Notes: generated by a model not told the origin, from the letters alone. A stretch of 37,809 nucleotides of DNA from a virus (IMGVR_UViG_2602041644_000008:1-37809); one strand, 5' to 3'; positions 26,494-35,255 are shown, counted from the stretch's first letter. Program-made: numbers and translations.

Positions 26494-27969
26494 TTAAGCA
26501 TAGGGATCGTAATCTGTAATGGCCTTGCCTTGCTGGTTCTGCTGACCTGGAATTCGCAGACGCTTCGACACAGGGAAAGCAAACGTCAGCAATAGCGCAT
26601 CGCCTTTACCCGGCGAACGCCCAAGCCGCTCCTTGATATCTTCCTTCGGTTCGATAACGATTTTACCGTCCACTCGAACTTTGTACTCTGCCGCCGACAG
26701 GTCGTCCGCTGTTTCCTGGTCATCAAGCATCCCGCCCAGCCTCAGCCATGTCTTGCATGAGTTGAACATCTCCCCACGCTTGTTGAGCATCTGCGGGTCA
26801 GTAGACGCGCCACCGAACGGAACAAGTTGCCATGTGCGCCCCCAACCGTCACCGATTGACTTCAGACCGGTACCGTAACCAAAGTCGATGAACACTGCGT
26901 CAGCCTGATACAGGTCTTCAAAGTCAGCGATACGCTTCGCCATAATCAGATCGTCGGTAGTCTTGTTGCCAGTCCACAGCACCTTACTGTGTAGCCCCTG
27001 CCGCAGGTATATCACCGCGTCATCAACGCCTGAATATGCCGGGTCAACACCGATTATCACCGGAGCATGCGCCACCTGCGCAGCGGTTACCACCCGTTTC
27101 ATTGCCTCATCAGTAAGACCGGTAGGGATAAACTGCAATTCAGATGCATCAGGGAATATGCCGCGCACACGGATTTTAACGAAGTCGCTGTCTTCCCCGT
27201 AGTCATCAACCCATTTCTGCAACTGCTGTTTGTTAGTGCCTTCCACCGTCCGGCTGTCAATCTGCGCAGTTTTCCAGCGGTGTTTATATTTGCGGAAACA
27301 TTCGCGGAAACGCCCGGTGTTACGTGTAGGGTTTCCGAACGCCACCCAGATAATCTCAGTGTCTTCGTCCGTAAGCGCACCCTCAGCAACTTCCCACACC
27401 AGATCCGCAATGTTCGACGCTTCATCGAATACCACGATGATGCGTTTGCGCTCGTTGTGTAGTCCGGCGAATGCCTCAGTGTTGTGCTCAGACCAGGGTA
27501 TTGCGTCAGCCCGCCACCGCTTGTCGTGCCCAGGGTCATTGCTGTACATCGCGGTAGCGGTACAGGTAAACCAGTCTTTCGTGATAGCAAGGTTAGACCA
27601 CTTGATAATTTCCGGCCAGGTCTTCGTTCGTAGCTGGTTGTCGGTGTTAGCGGTCACCACAACCTTACAATCCTCGCAAGTGGACATGCCCCAGTTGATC
27701 AGCATTGAGATGAATGCGGATTTACCAATACCGTGACCAGAAGCGCGTGCCAGCATAAGCGGCTGATAGCGCGTCTCTGGATTCTGCAGGTGATCACGTA
27801 TCTCTCGGAACGCATCAGCCTGCCACTGACGTGGGCCGGTGGCATGTGCCAGTTCAGTCCCCTCTTCCCCCCACGGGAACGCATAGAGAGCATAGCCAAG
27901 CGGATCGTGAGTGAACCCTGCAATATCCTCGATCAACTGCTCTTCAGGAGATAACGCTGTATCTGTCAC
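26494..27969 (-). CDS. Terminase large subunit
   Basis: 491 aa; Walker A-like GHGIGKS near the N-terminus; acidic nuclease-type C-terminal half; follows terS with a 4-nt overlap. Confidence 0.8.
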   Translation of the reverse strand: MTDTALSPEEQLIEDIAGFTHDPLGYALYAFPWGEEGTELAHATGPRQWQADAFREIRDHLQNPETRYQPLMLARASGHGIGKSAFISMLINWGMSTCEDCKVVVTANTDNQLRTKTWPEIIKWSNLAITKDWFTCTATAMYSNDPGHDKRWRADAIPWSEHNTEAFAGLHNERKRIIVVFDEASNIADLVWEVAEGALTDEDTEIIWVAFGNPTRNTGRFRECFRKYKHRWKTAQIDSRTVEGTNKQQLQKWVDDYGEDSDFVKIRVRGIFPDASELQFIPTGLTDEAMKRVVTAAQVAHAPVIIGVDPAYSGVDDAVIYLRQGLHSKVLWTGNKTTDDLIMAKRIADFEDLYQADAVFIDFGYGTGLKSIGDGWGRTWQLVPFGGASTDPQMLNKRGEMFNSCKTWLRLGGMLDDQETADDLSAAEYKVRVDGKIVIEPKEDIKERLGRSPGKGDALLLTFAFPVSKRLRIPGQQNQQGKAITDYDPYA

Positions 27970-28562
27970 TGATTACCATCCTGACGTTCTTTGAGTCGCT
28001 TCCTGGCTGCCGCTATGCGATCAGCAATTGTCACATTCACATTAACATCCAGGCGTTCTTTGAACGCGTTGACATCAACATGCTTACCAATCAGCTCAAG
28101 GTTCTTCACCTTGTCAGGCCATTTAATTTTTTTGAGGATTGTCTCTATCGAATCCTCGTTCATGTTCATGATGGTCGATGACAGATCAAAGCCACTAAGC
28201 GTAGTGCGCCAGATTTTCGGCCACTCACGGATTGGTTTAAGGCTCCCATCGTCGTTGAGGATGTCGATCACGTCCATCTGGTCGATCTCCACCAGGCGCA
28301 TGAGAACGTAATCAGCACTGACGCGCATTCGTTTGTTGCGCTCCTCCATCAACTCGGCAATCCGTTTTTGAATGCGTTCATCGCGCATCATGACACTGGC
28401 TTTAACTGCCGCTGTATTTGGGGAGAATCCTGCGTTAATCGCTGCCTGAGTTTGGTTTTCAGGCGTTTTGATGTATGACTGGCAATAAGCCTCCTGCATT
28501 GTTGTTAGTGGCTTAAATTGCGTTGATTTGCGTTTATAGGTTTTAGGTTCAGCAGGCATCAT
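27966..28562 (-). CDS. Terminase small subunit
   Basis: Helical DNA-binding N-terminal region and oligomerisation-like C-terminus; start set at ATG-ATG (28562/28559) after SD GGTGG; the upstream TTG-initiated extension in the ORF track is low-complexity. Confidence 0.6.
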   Translation of the reverse strand: MMPAEPKTYKRKSTQFKPLTTMQEAYCQSYIKTPENQTQAAINAGFSPNTAAVKASVMMRDERIQKRIAELMEERNKRMRVSADYVLMRLVEIDQMDVIDILNDDGSLKPIREWPKIWRTTLSGFDLSSTIMNMNEDSIETILKKIKWPDKVKNLELIGKHVDVNAFKERLDVNVNVTIADRIAAARKRLKERQDGNQ

Positions 28563-28602
28563 AACCACCGTGGTAATAGTTACCGTTGTGGTAATAGTAC
28601 CA

Positions 28603-28631
28603 TGCAAAATAAAGCCGCCATAGTTGGCGGC
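28603..28631 (-). terminator. Terminator immediately upstream of terS (tR-prime-like)
   Basis: On the minus strand GCCGCCA-ACTA-TGGCGGC followed by TTTATTTTG. Confidence 0.45.
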
Positions 28632-28672
28632 AGTATTCAAAATCCATCAAATTCATCATGCATAATCTACTC

Positions 28673-28684
28673 GTGACATGTCAC
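28673..28684. repeat. 12-bp perfect palindrome GTGACATGTCAC (copy 2)
   Basis: Identical to copy at 26408-26419; ~45 bp upstream (in transcription direction) of the terS-proximal terminator. Confidence 0.6.
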
Positions 28685-29028
28685 ACTATTAATTTCGTTT
28701 CATGCCAGCCTTTAGTCACCCAGCATTGCGAGTCACCATTACACGGGCATGAATTAACGGGAACTCTCTCGCCGCACTTACCGCAAAGTTTTCTGCTGAT
28801 CGATTTTATACGCCCGCGCACACGTGCATCATCCTGGCGGATCAGCAGCGCGATGTACTCGGCCATTTCATAGGGATCGCGACCAGGGCGCCGGGCGGCG
28901 CAGTTCCGCGCCAGCATTTCCTGCTCCTGCTTATCCAGCACCAGTTCAATTTTGCGCTCACCGGCGGCGGACTGCCGAGCGCGCTGCGCGGCTTTGCGTT
29001 CTGCGGGGGATTTAGCCACGAATCGCAC
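28681..29028 (-). CDS. Small protein with C-terminal zinc-ribbon (CGKCG...CPCNGDSQC)
   Basis: 115 aa, basic N-terminal half, Cys cluster at C-terminus; last nin-region gene before terS. Confidence 0.4.
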   Translation of the reverse strand: MRFVAKSPAERKAAQRARQSAAGERKIELVLDKQEQEMLARNCAARRPGRDPYEMAEYIALLIRQDDARVRGRIKSISRKLCGKCGERVPVNSCPCNGDSQCWVTKGWHETKLIV

Positions 29029-29133
29029 TCCACGCCAGATTGATTAATGACTCCCAGGCAATATAAACCCGGATACCAGCAGCCAGGCCGAAACCAATCA
29101 CCATGGCATAAAGCAGAGCGTTGCACTTGTTCA

Positions 29134-29904
29134 TTACTTCACCTCCTGCGGTGGTTCCGGTAGCGGCATCCAGTGGGTTGCTTGCTCAATACCATTACCC
29201 GGCTTAATCGTTGCATCTCCGCGCCGAAAGGTGCTTCCGGTATAGCGTGCGGAGCATATTAGCGGTTCAACCAGAGAGCTATCGAAATTCACCGAAATAA
29301 GCACGTTCTGGCCCTTTTCAGGCATTCGCTCACTACAGCTTATCCAACCATCCGGAGTTACCGGAGTTGGTCCATCGAATTCGGGCATGTCAGGACCTTT
29401 TCTGATAGCTTTAGCCAGCTCCAGCGGGTCATCGTAAAGCCAGTCGCCAGTTTGTGGGTGATTTGCTTCTGCAAGCTGCGCAGCCCATTCAAGACCATCT
29501 TTTTGACCTTGGAGATAATCAAGTGGCAACTCTTCATGATTACTTGCAGGTTCGGCACCATGAAGCATGGCGGCGCGGCAGGCGTTCCAGCCTCTCACCT
29601 CTGCAATAGCGGCAACAGCATCAACCGCGTACATGCTAAGAGGATTAGGCATTGGTTTTTCTTCCGGTACTACTGGCACTGGAGGGGTGGCGTAGAGTGG
29701 AACTCCTCCCCCTCCACCAGAAAATTCATTGCGAGCGTTATACTCACGACCATCTGCGTCATCACGCATCCACGCCACCGCTTCTGCTTCCAGCGATGCC
29801 AGTGCGATTTCATAAGCCCGACGCTCAATATTGTCTCGGACGTCCAGGCTGCCTATACGCTCTCTGATTTCTTTAATCAGTTCTTTGTCGGTTAAAGTGG
29901 TCAT
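29134..29904 (-). CDS. DUF551-like phage protein
   Basis: C-terminal WISCSERMPE...HWMPLPEPP motif recalled as typical of DUF551. Confidence 0.45.
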   Translation of the reverse strand: MTTLTDKELIKEIRERIGSLDVRDNIERRAYEIALASLEAEAVAWMRDDADGREYNARNEFSGGGGGVPLYATPPVPVVPEEKPMPNPLSMYAVDAVAAIAEVRGWNACRAAMLHGAEPASNHEELPLDYLQGQKDGLEWAAQLAEANHPQTGDWLYDDPLELAKAIRKGPDMPEFDGPTPVTPDGWISCSERMPEKGQNVLISVNFDSSLVEPLICSARYTGSTFRRGDATIKPGNGIEQATHWMPLPEPPQEVK

Positions 29905-30416
29905 GCTGCGTTTCCTTCTTTCTTATTAACAATTACACCGTCATATATTTCATTAAGGTGTCCTCTTAGCTCCATGCGCCTTAATGCAGATAACATGTAA
30001 TCGCATTCAACCTGCTTATTCCCAGTAAATGGCTTATCGTCAGGATTACCCCAACAGCAATTACCCCTGGGCCATCCATGTACTTTCCGTACTCTTCCGT
30101 TAACAACGTGAAGTAATCCCCAGCCGGGAGGTAAATCCTCAACTGAAATAATTTCCGGCTCACTAATAAAGAATCGCCAGTCGCCCATGCCAAGTGAGGG
30201 ATTTTTACGGAAACGCTTTTTTCTATCTGCCAACAAGTCAGCACGAGAACACTTCGCCTCTATCAGGCATGATGCTGAATTTCTGAATCCCATAGCATCT
30301 GGCTGTTCTCCGGTACTGGTTACAGCAACAAAGCGGTCATGAAAGCAAACCTTGAACCCGTTGCGCTTAAGGAACTTGTACGCAATCTGACAGAGTTCGT
30401 GGTGTGTTAACGCCAT
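29901..30416 (-). CDS. PD-(D/E)XK-type nuclease-like protein
   Basis: Start at 30416 with SD AAGGAAAG; motif PDAMGF...LIEAKCS fits the D...(D/E)xK signature. Confidence 0.4.
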   Translation of the reverse strand: MALTHHELCQIAYKFLKRNGFKVCFHDRFVAVTSTGEQPDAMGFRNSASCLIEAKCSRADLLADRKKRFRKNPSLGMGDWRFFISEPEIISVEDLPPGWGLLHVVNGRVRKVHGWPRGNCCWGNPDDKPFTGNKQVECDYMLSALRRMELRGHLNEIYDGVIVNKKEGNAA

Positions 30417-30452
30417 ATCACTTTCCTTTCCCATGTTGTCATGTGTTAGTCC

Positions 30453-30716
30453 TTATCCTGCTGTGCTTTCAACTGATGAGGGGAATAAAATCTTTTCATC
30501 AAATCCGGCATTCATATCATGGACAGCAACACACCAATCCATCGACGAACGATTATCAAGAGCCTCCATGATTTCATCCATGCGGCGCAGGTCATACAGG
30601 TAAATGCTTTTATCGCCAATGGTGTAAAAACCAATTTTTTTCGGTGATGGGCAGCGATCAAGAACGTCCTGTAATTCGCTCAACCATGCTTGTTCTTTTT
30701 TTGTCAAAGTTGCCAT
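30453..30716 (-). CDS. Hypothetical nin-region protein
   Basis: 87-aa ORF closely packed in the minus-strand operon. Confidence 0.4.
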   Translation of the reverse strand: MATLTKKEQAWLSELQDVLDRCPSPKKIGFYTIGDKSIYLYDLRRMDEIMEALDNRSSMDWCVAVHDMNAGFDEKILFPSSVESTAG

Positions 30717-30717
30717 A

Positions 30718-31212
30718 TCACTCTCCTTTGATGCGAATGCCAGTGGTACTCATTCTCCTGATTTCCCAGAGCACACGAGGAACACCACCGTTTCCGACCG
30801 GATCGCGCTTACTCCGCATGGCGACGCTTGATTCCGCCCAGCTTTTTCTTGGAGGAAGCTCTTTCACACGAACAAAACCAGCTGCGCGAAGAGATGCTCC
30901 TGATTCATCTGCCTGGGTGTACGTAATACAACGTTGATAACCCATAGCCTTTGCTGCCCGCCAGACAGCACCATAAAGCGCGCTGTTAGCGTTGCGTTCT
31001 CCTGTGGTACATGTGCGATTTACTTCAAGCGTTAATCCATCGTCCAAATGTCGTGCAACAGGTCGACCAGCTGTCGCCACACCTATCAATTCTCCGGCAT
31101 TATTTCTCAGACCAATGCTGAATTTATGCCCCACTGGTGGTTTATTGTGTCGGTGGTGCTGTGCGATAAATTCCTGCGCCGCTTTCAGCGTTATAGGTGA
31201 AATGACCATCAC
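30718..31212 (-). CDS. Hypothetical nin-region protein
   Basis: 164-aa ORF with overlapping start/stop junctions; no family recognised. Confidence 0.4.
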   Translation of the reverse strand: MMVISPITLKAAQEFIAQHHRHNKPPVGHKFSIGLRNNAGELIGVATAGRPVARHLDDGLTLEVNRTCTTGERNANSALYGAVWRAAKAMGYQRCITYTQADESGASLRAAGFVRVKELPPRKSWAESSVAMRSKRDPVGNGGVPRVLWEIRRMSTTGIRIKGE

Positions 31213-31901
31213 TCAGACTCCTCCTTGATGCCAGCGGCGCGGGAATCATTCCATCGCTTTACTTCTTCACGAATTACGTCAATGCATTCTTTCGAATCCA
31301 TTAGGTAATCTTCATCAAAAAGACGTTCCTGTTCGTTTTCTATCGCAACAATGATTGCTTCAACTAATTTTTGTGCCTGAGAATCACTTTCTAACTCTGC
31401 AATGCGCTTCTCTGCGGCTTCCAACTTCTCGCGCATATCGTCAACGTACTCGACCAGAGAACCGCCAGCAGGAATTTCGCACTCCTCGACCAGTTGGAAG
31501 TAGATATCAGCTGCGGCCCGTGTGTTGCTATGCCTAGCGTCGCCCATCTCACCTTCACGAAGAGCATCGCGTTCGGCGGTAAGATTGGCTATTTTGCTGT
31601 CTTTGCCTTCCAGCTCAACGCGCAGCTTCCCTACCGTTAGCGCAATATCCTCGTTCTCCTGATCGCGGGATTTGATGTATTGCTGGTTCCTTTCCCGTTC
31701 ATCCAGTAGTGCCAAAGCAACCTTTGGATTAAAGGCAGCAATAAATTCAGCGTTGTTTTTCAGAACGTGTTGCGCAATGGCCTGACCACTTAGTCGGACC
31801 TTATAACCACGTGCGCCACGGTGTGGTTTATATGAGTCCCAGTCTCCCCACGTTGCTTTTTCTGCCTTTTCACGCAGTGCCTGATAGTTAATGTTGGTCA
31901 T
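31209..31901 (-). CDS. Coiled-coil phage protein (Ea22-like?)
   Basis: N-terminus INYQALREKAEKATWGDW followed by long charged coiled-coil. Confidence 0.4.
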   Translation of the reverse strand: MTNINYQALREKAEKATWGDWDSYKPHRGARGYKVRLSGQAIAQHVLKNNAEFIAAFNPKVALALLDERERNQQYIKSRDQENEDIALTVGKLRVELEGKDSKIANLTAERDALREGEMGDARHSNTRAAADIYFQLVEECEIPAGGSLVEYVDDMREKLEAAEKRIAELESDSQAQKLVEAIIVAIENEQERLFDEDYLMDSKECIDVIREEVKRWNDSRAAGIKEESE

Positions 31902-31902
31902 A

Positions 31903-32202
31903 TCACATCACCCTGAAGCCGTTGCATTTACGTAAAAAATCGCAGATATAGCCCTTCATTTTTTCGTGCCAATCTCGATCATTCCCATTGCACCAACCAT
32001 CAGGTGGAGTCCAGTTTTCTATCAGAGCAGCCATTTTCTTTGCTTTCGCCGGAGTAGCTGTTGCGGTATCGCAGTAATGACGAGTGTCAACCAACGTATC
32101 CATACCATCGATATCAAGTACGCAAAACCATGTGTGATTCGGAATTCCTACAGGTGGTATTTGTTGCCCACGTCGACGTTTATCAATAAGATATACACTC
32201 AC
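31903..32202 (-). CDS. Hypothetical protein
   Basis: 99-aa ORF in operon context. Confidence 0.35.
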   Translation of the reverse strand: MSVYLIDKRRRGQQIPPVGIPNHTWFCVLDIDGMDTLVDTRHYCDTATATPAKAKKMAALIENWTPPDGWCNGNDRDWHEKMKGYICDFLRKCNGFRVM

Positions 32203-32768
32203 TGGTTACCTCCTTTGCGAAGCTCTGCGGCGATATCTTCGAGAACGCCATCAGAGAATGAGCGGTCAAAATCGCCTTCCGGCGCATTAGCCATAAACTC
32301 AGTAGAGGTAAGAATCATCCGGGCAATATCCGCGGCGTTCTTCGCAGTATCATCAATAAAACCAGCTTCCCAGGCAGCCAGCATTCTGTTCGCCACAAAG
32401 TAAGCGCCCTCCTTGCGTGCTTCAGTCTTCACTTCAGCTAGGAAAGCATCGGTGGCTGGAATGGGCTTTTGTGGTGATATAGCAATGCGAATTGTCTCAA
32501 GGTCTGGAGCTGTTTCCGCTGTTGGCACCTTGATATAACCCGTCTGCACCCCATTCATGATGAACCTGCGACGGTCATCACATATCGCCTTAAGCCCCGC
32601 ATTCTCCGCTGCCAGCGCATTAGCACGCACCAGTTGCACTTCCAGTTGCGTTGCCAAATCGCTGATCAGCTTTGTCACACTGCGCATATCAACGGCACCA
32701 CATTCTGCTTTCAGTTCCGAAGCCATCTCATGCCCGGCGGCAACTAACCCTTTGATATTACTTTCCAT
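32199..32768 (-). CDS. Hypothetical protein
   Basis: 189-aa ORF in operon context. Confidence 0.4.
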   Translation of the reverse strand: MESNIKGLVAAGHEMASELKAECGAVDMRSVTKLISDLATQLEVQLVRANALAAENAGLKAICDDRRRFIMNGVQTGYIKVPTAETAPDLETIRIAISPQKPIPATDAFLAEVKTEARKEGAYFVANRMLAAWEAGFIDDTAKNAADIARMILTSTEFMANAPEGDFDRSFSDGVLEDIAAELRKGGNQ

Positions 32769-32829
32769 CTTTACCCTCGCTTATCCACATAACTTATTGA
32801 TTACACTGATAACTAAAAAGATCGTCGAT

Positions 32830-33174
32830 TCAGAACTCTTCGATGTTCCAGCCACCACCTGCTTTCTTTGGCTTAACCGTTACCCCGATGATTCGGAACG
32901 GATACTGATCTGCGGCGACTTTGGTTTTCACCCTGGCGTCGTCGGTCCAGAAACCTTTCACTTCGTGCAGTTCCATCTCGCCGGTGGCGAGCATCACAGC
33001 AAAATCGGGCGTATAGAACGTGTTGTCAGCTAACCGCAACTTGATACCCTCGAATCGATACCAGGCGATTTCCCCTGCACGTTTACGCTGCTCAAGGTGC
33101 TGGCAATACGCAGATTCTGTTTTGTTCATCTGGCCTGTTTTGAGTCGACCAAGAGCCTGCATCTGTTTTCTCAT
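32830..33174 (-). CDS. DUF1064-like protein (PD-(D/E)XK fold likely)
   Basis: Motif YTPDFAV...GEMELHEVKG; first gene after the replication module. Confidence 0.4.
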   Translation of the reverse strand: MRKQMQALGRLKTGQMNKTESAYCQHLEQRKRAGEIAWYRFEGIKLRLADNTFYTPDFAVMLATGEMELHEVKGFWTDDARVKTKVAADQYPFRIIGVTVKPKKAGGGWNIEEF

Positions 33175-33177
33175 GAT

Positions 33178-33192
33178 TTACCCATGAGGTAA
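33178..33192. promoter_or_regulatory. Operator-like palindrome TTACC-CATGA-GGTAA (copy 6)
   Basis: Perfect inverted repeat 4-18 nt upstream of the 33174 start codon. Confidence 0.55.
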
Positions 33193-33239
33193 TTAAAAAC
33201 CACATAAGACACGAAATCAATAGATCTTAGAACATTTTA

Positions 33240-33254
33240 TTACCTAGCAGGTAA
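33240..33254. promoter_or_regulatory. Operator-like palindrome TTACC-TAGCA-GGTAA (copy 7)
   Basis: Perfect inverted repeat with A/T flanks, between the P gene end and the nin region. Confidence 0.55.
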
Positions 33255-33291
33255 TTATCAAGACGTAAAAAAATGCGCTATCGCGCTGGTA

Positions 33292-34092
33292 TTACTTGAT
33301 AAATCCTGCCGCCTTTCCCCGCCTGTATTCCTCCATCAGCCACTGCGCCGGTGTTATTCCCCCCAGGGTAGCGGCGTTAGGCATACACCCGAAACTTCGC
33401 CCTGGTGGATGGTAAACGCCTCTCCCTGTGTCCGGAGGCGTACTCATGGGTTCTGGCTTTGCCTGTATGCTGATCACCGGATCGGGTATCTGCTGTCCGG
33501 AAGCCACCTTTTTCGCCCAATCATCAAGCAGCCTGCGCGCGTGTTTCTCAACCTCAATCTCGCTAAGCTGGCGCTGATACATTGCACGGCGGGTATCACA
33601 TACGACCCAGTACATAACCGGATGCCGCCACGGGAATCTTTCGGGACCACCAGGATATAAACTTTTTTCCTTGCTGTACCGGTGAAACTCCGCCATCACA
33701 TCGTCAATGGTGACGCCAAGAACCATCTTGCTGTCTTTACACCACTTGATAAATTGCCCTGGCGACGGCCAGAACGGAGATTCACTGGCGCGGGCGTGGC
33801 GCATACCAGCAGAAACCTGTTCACGGGTTCGGATCCCCCCTTCGGCAAACGCAGCAATCCACTGCTGTTTTGCAGCAACTTCCTGCTCTGGCGTCTTCAG
33901 GTTGGTTACCACTGCCGCCGGAAACAGTTGTTTCAACTGTTTGAAAAGGGCATCAACAAGCCTCTCTGCTGACATGTTCACTACGTTGTCATTGTTGGTG
34001 TACTGATGCTCATAACCTGACATGCGAGAAAGGGCTTCTCCGTCACGGTTTTGTATCGCGGTAAAAACGTTGTTCACAAGAAATCCTCCCAT
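33292..34092 (-). CDS. Replication protein P-like (helicase loader)
   Basis: Extended similarity to recalled lambda P: FPAAVVTNL...QWIAAFAEGGIRTREQVSAGMRHARASESPFWPSPGQFIKWCKD versus lambda FPASLANRD...QWVLAFRENGITTMEQVNAGMRVARRQNRPFLPSPGQFVAWCRE. Confidence 0.75.
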   Translation of the reverse strand: MGGFLVNNVFTAIQNRDGEALSRMSGYEHQYTNNDNVVNMSAERLVDALFKQLKQLFPAAVVTNLKTPEQEVAAKQQWIAAFAEGGIRTREQVSAGMRHARASESPFWPSPGQFIKWCKDSKMVLGVTIDDVMAEFHRYSKEKSLYPGGPERFPWRHPVMYWVVCDTRRAMYQRQLSEIEVEKHARRLLDDWAKKVASGQQIPDPVISIQAKPEPMSTPPDTGRGVYHPPGRSFGCMPNAATLGGITPAQWLMEEYRRGKAAGFIK

Positions 34093-34889
34093 GCTTCAGG
34101 GCTGTTCCAGTGCGGAACGTTGTTATCAGGTAATGTTGATTGCTTCTGTCTGCTAATCTGCAGCCGCCTTGCCAGCTTCTGCTCCCACTGTGCCTGATGG
34201 TATGCCCTACCCTCAGCCATCCAGTAAATTCTGAACTCTGCAAGTTCCTGTGCCGTTGGCAGACTGTCCAGGTAGATCCCCTGCAATGAGCTTTTCCGAA
34301 GAAAGTCATCTGATGGCTGCCATTGTTCATGCATGACAAATTTGCCTAATTGCCCTGGCCCACCAGGAGGAACAAAGTTATTCATCACGGCGTTGTTTGC
34401 GCCGGGGTCATGATGCACAGAATCCCCGTTTTTTGTCCTGCTCTCCCTCTCTTGGTTAAATGACTGGTTATATGACTGGTTCTGGATCCCGTTTTTGGGA
34501 TCATTCAACATCCCGTTTTTGGGATCATTCAACATCCCGTTTTTGGGTATATTCCCGTTTTCGGGAACATTACCGTTTTCGGGTTCATTACCCCCTTCCC
34601 GGTTGCCTTTAATGTTCCCGTTTTTGGTTATATTAAGAGAGAAAACCCGCACTCTTTTCGTCGCTCCCTTTCTCTCTCCGGTATCTGAAATAAGCCCCAT
34701 TTTCATGAGCGATATAAGCCCGGCCTGCACGGTTTTTTTATTCAGGCAAGTGTCTTTAACGAGGCGTTCTATGCTGGGGTAGCAGAGGTTATATTCATCG
34801 GCTCTGTCAGCCATCGAGAGCAGTATGAGCTTTAATGACGAGCTACCTGGATCTGTCTCCCAGGCCCAATCTGTTGCATGTCTGCTCAT
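34074..34889 (-). CDS. Replication initiator, lambda O-like, with internal origin iterons
   Basis: SD GGAG before the ATG; N-terminal winged-helix-like region; repetitive peptide (NGNVPENGNIPKNGMLNDPKNGMLNDPKNG) encoded by the iteron array; directly upstream of P. Confidence 0.6.
   Translation of the reverse strand: MSRHATDWAWETDPGSSSLKLILLSMADRADEYNLCYPSIERLVKDTCLNKKTVQAGLISLMKMGLISDTGERKGATKRVRVFSLNITKNGNIKGNREGGNEPENGNVPENGNIPKNGMLNDPKNGMLNDPKNGIQNQSYNQSFNQERESRTKNGDSVHHDPGANNAVMNNFVPPGGPGQLGKFVMHEQWQPSDDFLRKSSLQGIYLDSLPTAQELAEFRIYWMAEGRAYHQAQWEQKLARRLQISRQKQSTLPDNNVPHWNSPEAWEDFL
34486..34631. repeat. Origin iteron array inside the O-like gene
   Basis: Four good and two degenerate copies of ATCCCGTTTTTGGGAT-like dyad units at 18-24 bp spacing. 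Confidence 0.6.
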
Positions 34890-34904
34890 GATTAATCTCC
34901 GCTA

Positions 34905-35105
34905 TCAGCTTGAATGTTGTGGGGAGGAATTAATCATGATCTGCTTAATCTCTGCCCTGATACGACGGTTTGATTCCATGGTGCACTCAACACAGTGTCC
35001 GTTGTAAACCCAGCGTTCACTGTCATGTCCGTGCTTACATGGTTTTCCGGTGTAGTAGCGTTTAAGTCCGCGCTTTGCGGCATCAATACGTGTAATGATT
35101 TCCAT
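34905..35105 (-). CDS. Small Cys/His-containing protein at the cII position (function unknown)
   Basis: ORF between cro-like gene and O; start ambiguous (35174, 35135 or 35105); motif CKHGH...C-x2-C. Confidence 0.3.
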   Translation of the reverse strand: MEIITRIDAAKRGLKRYYTGKPCKHGHDSERWVYNGHCVECTMESNRRIRAEIKQIMINSSPQHSS

Positions 35106-35185
35106 GGTAAGCCCTGTTATTAGTATTGGGATTACGGTCATTTTGTGCTGACACAAAAAAAAGATCAACCACATTTGGTTATTTA

Positions 35186-35200
35186 TTACCTTTGAGGTAC
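35186..35200. promoter_or_regulatory. Operator-like site TTACC-TTTGA-GGTAC (copy 8, one mismatch)
   Basis: Directly downstream (minus sense) of the cro terminator and upstream of the replication genes. Confidence 0.45.
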
Positions 35201-35209
35201 GAATAGATA

Positions 35210-35233
35210 TGAAAAGACCGCCGGGTGGCGGTC
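35210..35233 (-). terminator. tR1-like terminator downstream of cro
   Basis: On the minus strand GACCGCC-ACCC-GGCGGTC followed by TTTTCAT. Confidence 0.55.
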
Positions 35234-35255
35234 TACAGAGGGTTGTAGCTGGATA

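Noticed and set aside
27099-27590. 163-aa minus-strand ORF in an alternate frame of terL
   Set aside because: Lies wholly inside the terminase large subunit gene in a different frame with no independent support.
28563-28640. N-terminal extension of terS from a TTG start (TITTTVTITTVV)
   Set aside because: Low-complexity extension produced by direct repeats in the leader; a normal ATG-ATG start with SD GGTGG at 28562/28559 is more plausible.
28842-29126. GTG-initiated 94-aa ORF overlapping the 28681-29028 gene
   Set aside because: Non-ATG start, Trp/Cys/Pro-rich product and overlap with a better ORF; a 40-codon ATG ORF (about 29012-29134, hydrophobic) is more plausible but too short to assert.
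34486-34631. Tandem repeats as a possible CRISPR array
   Set aside because: Units are ~18-24 bp dyad iterons without unique spacers and lie inside a replication initiator gene; they are origin iterons.
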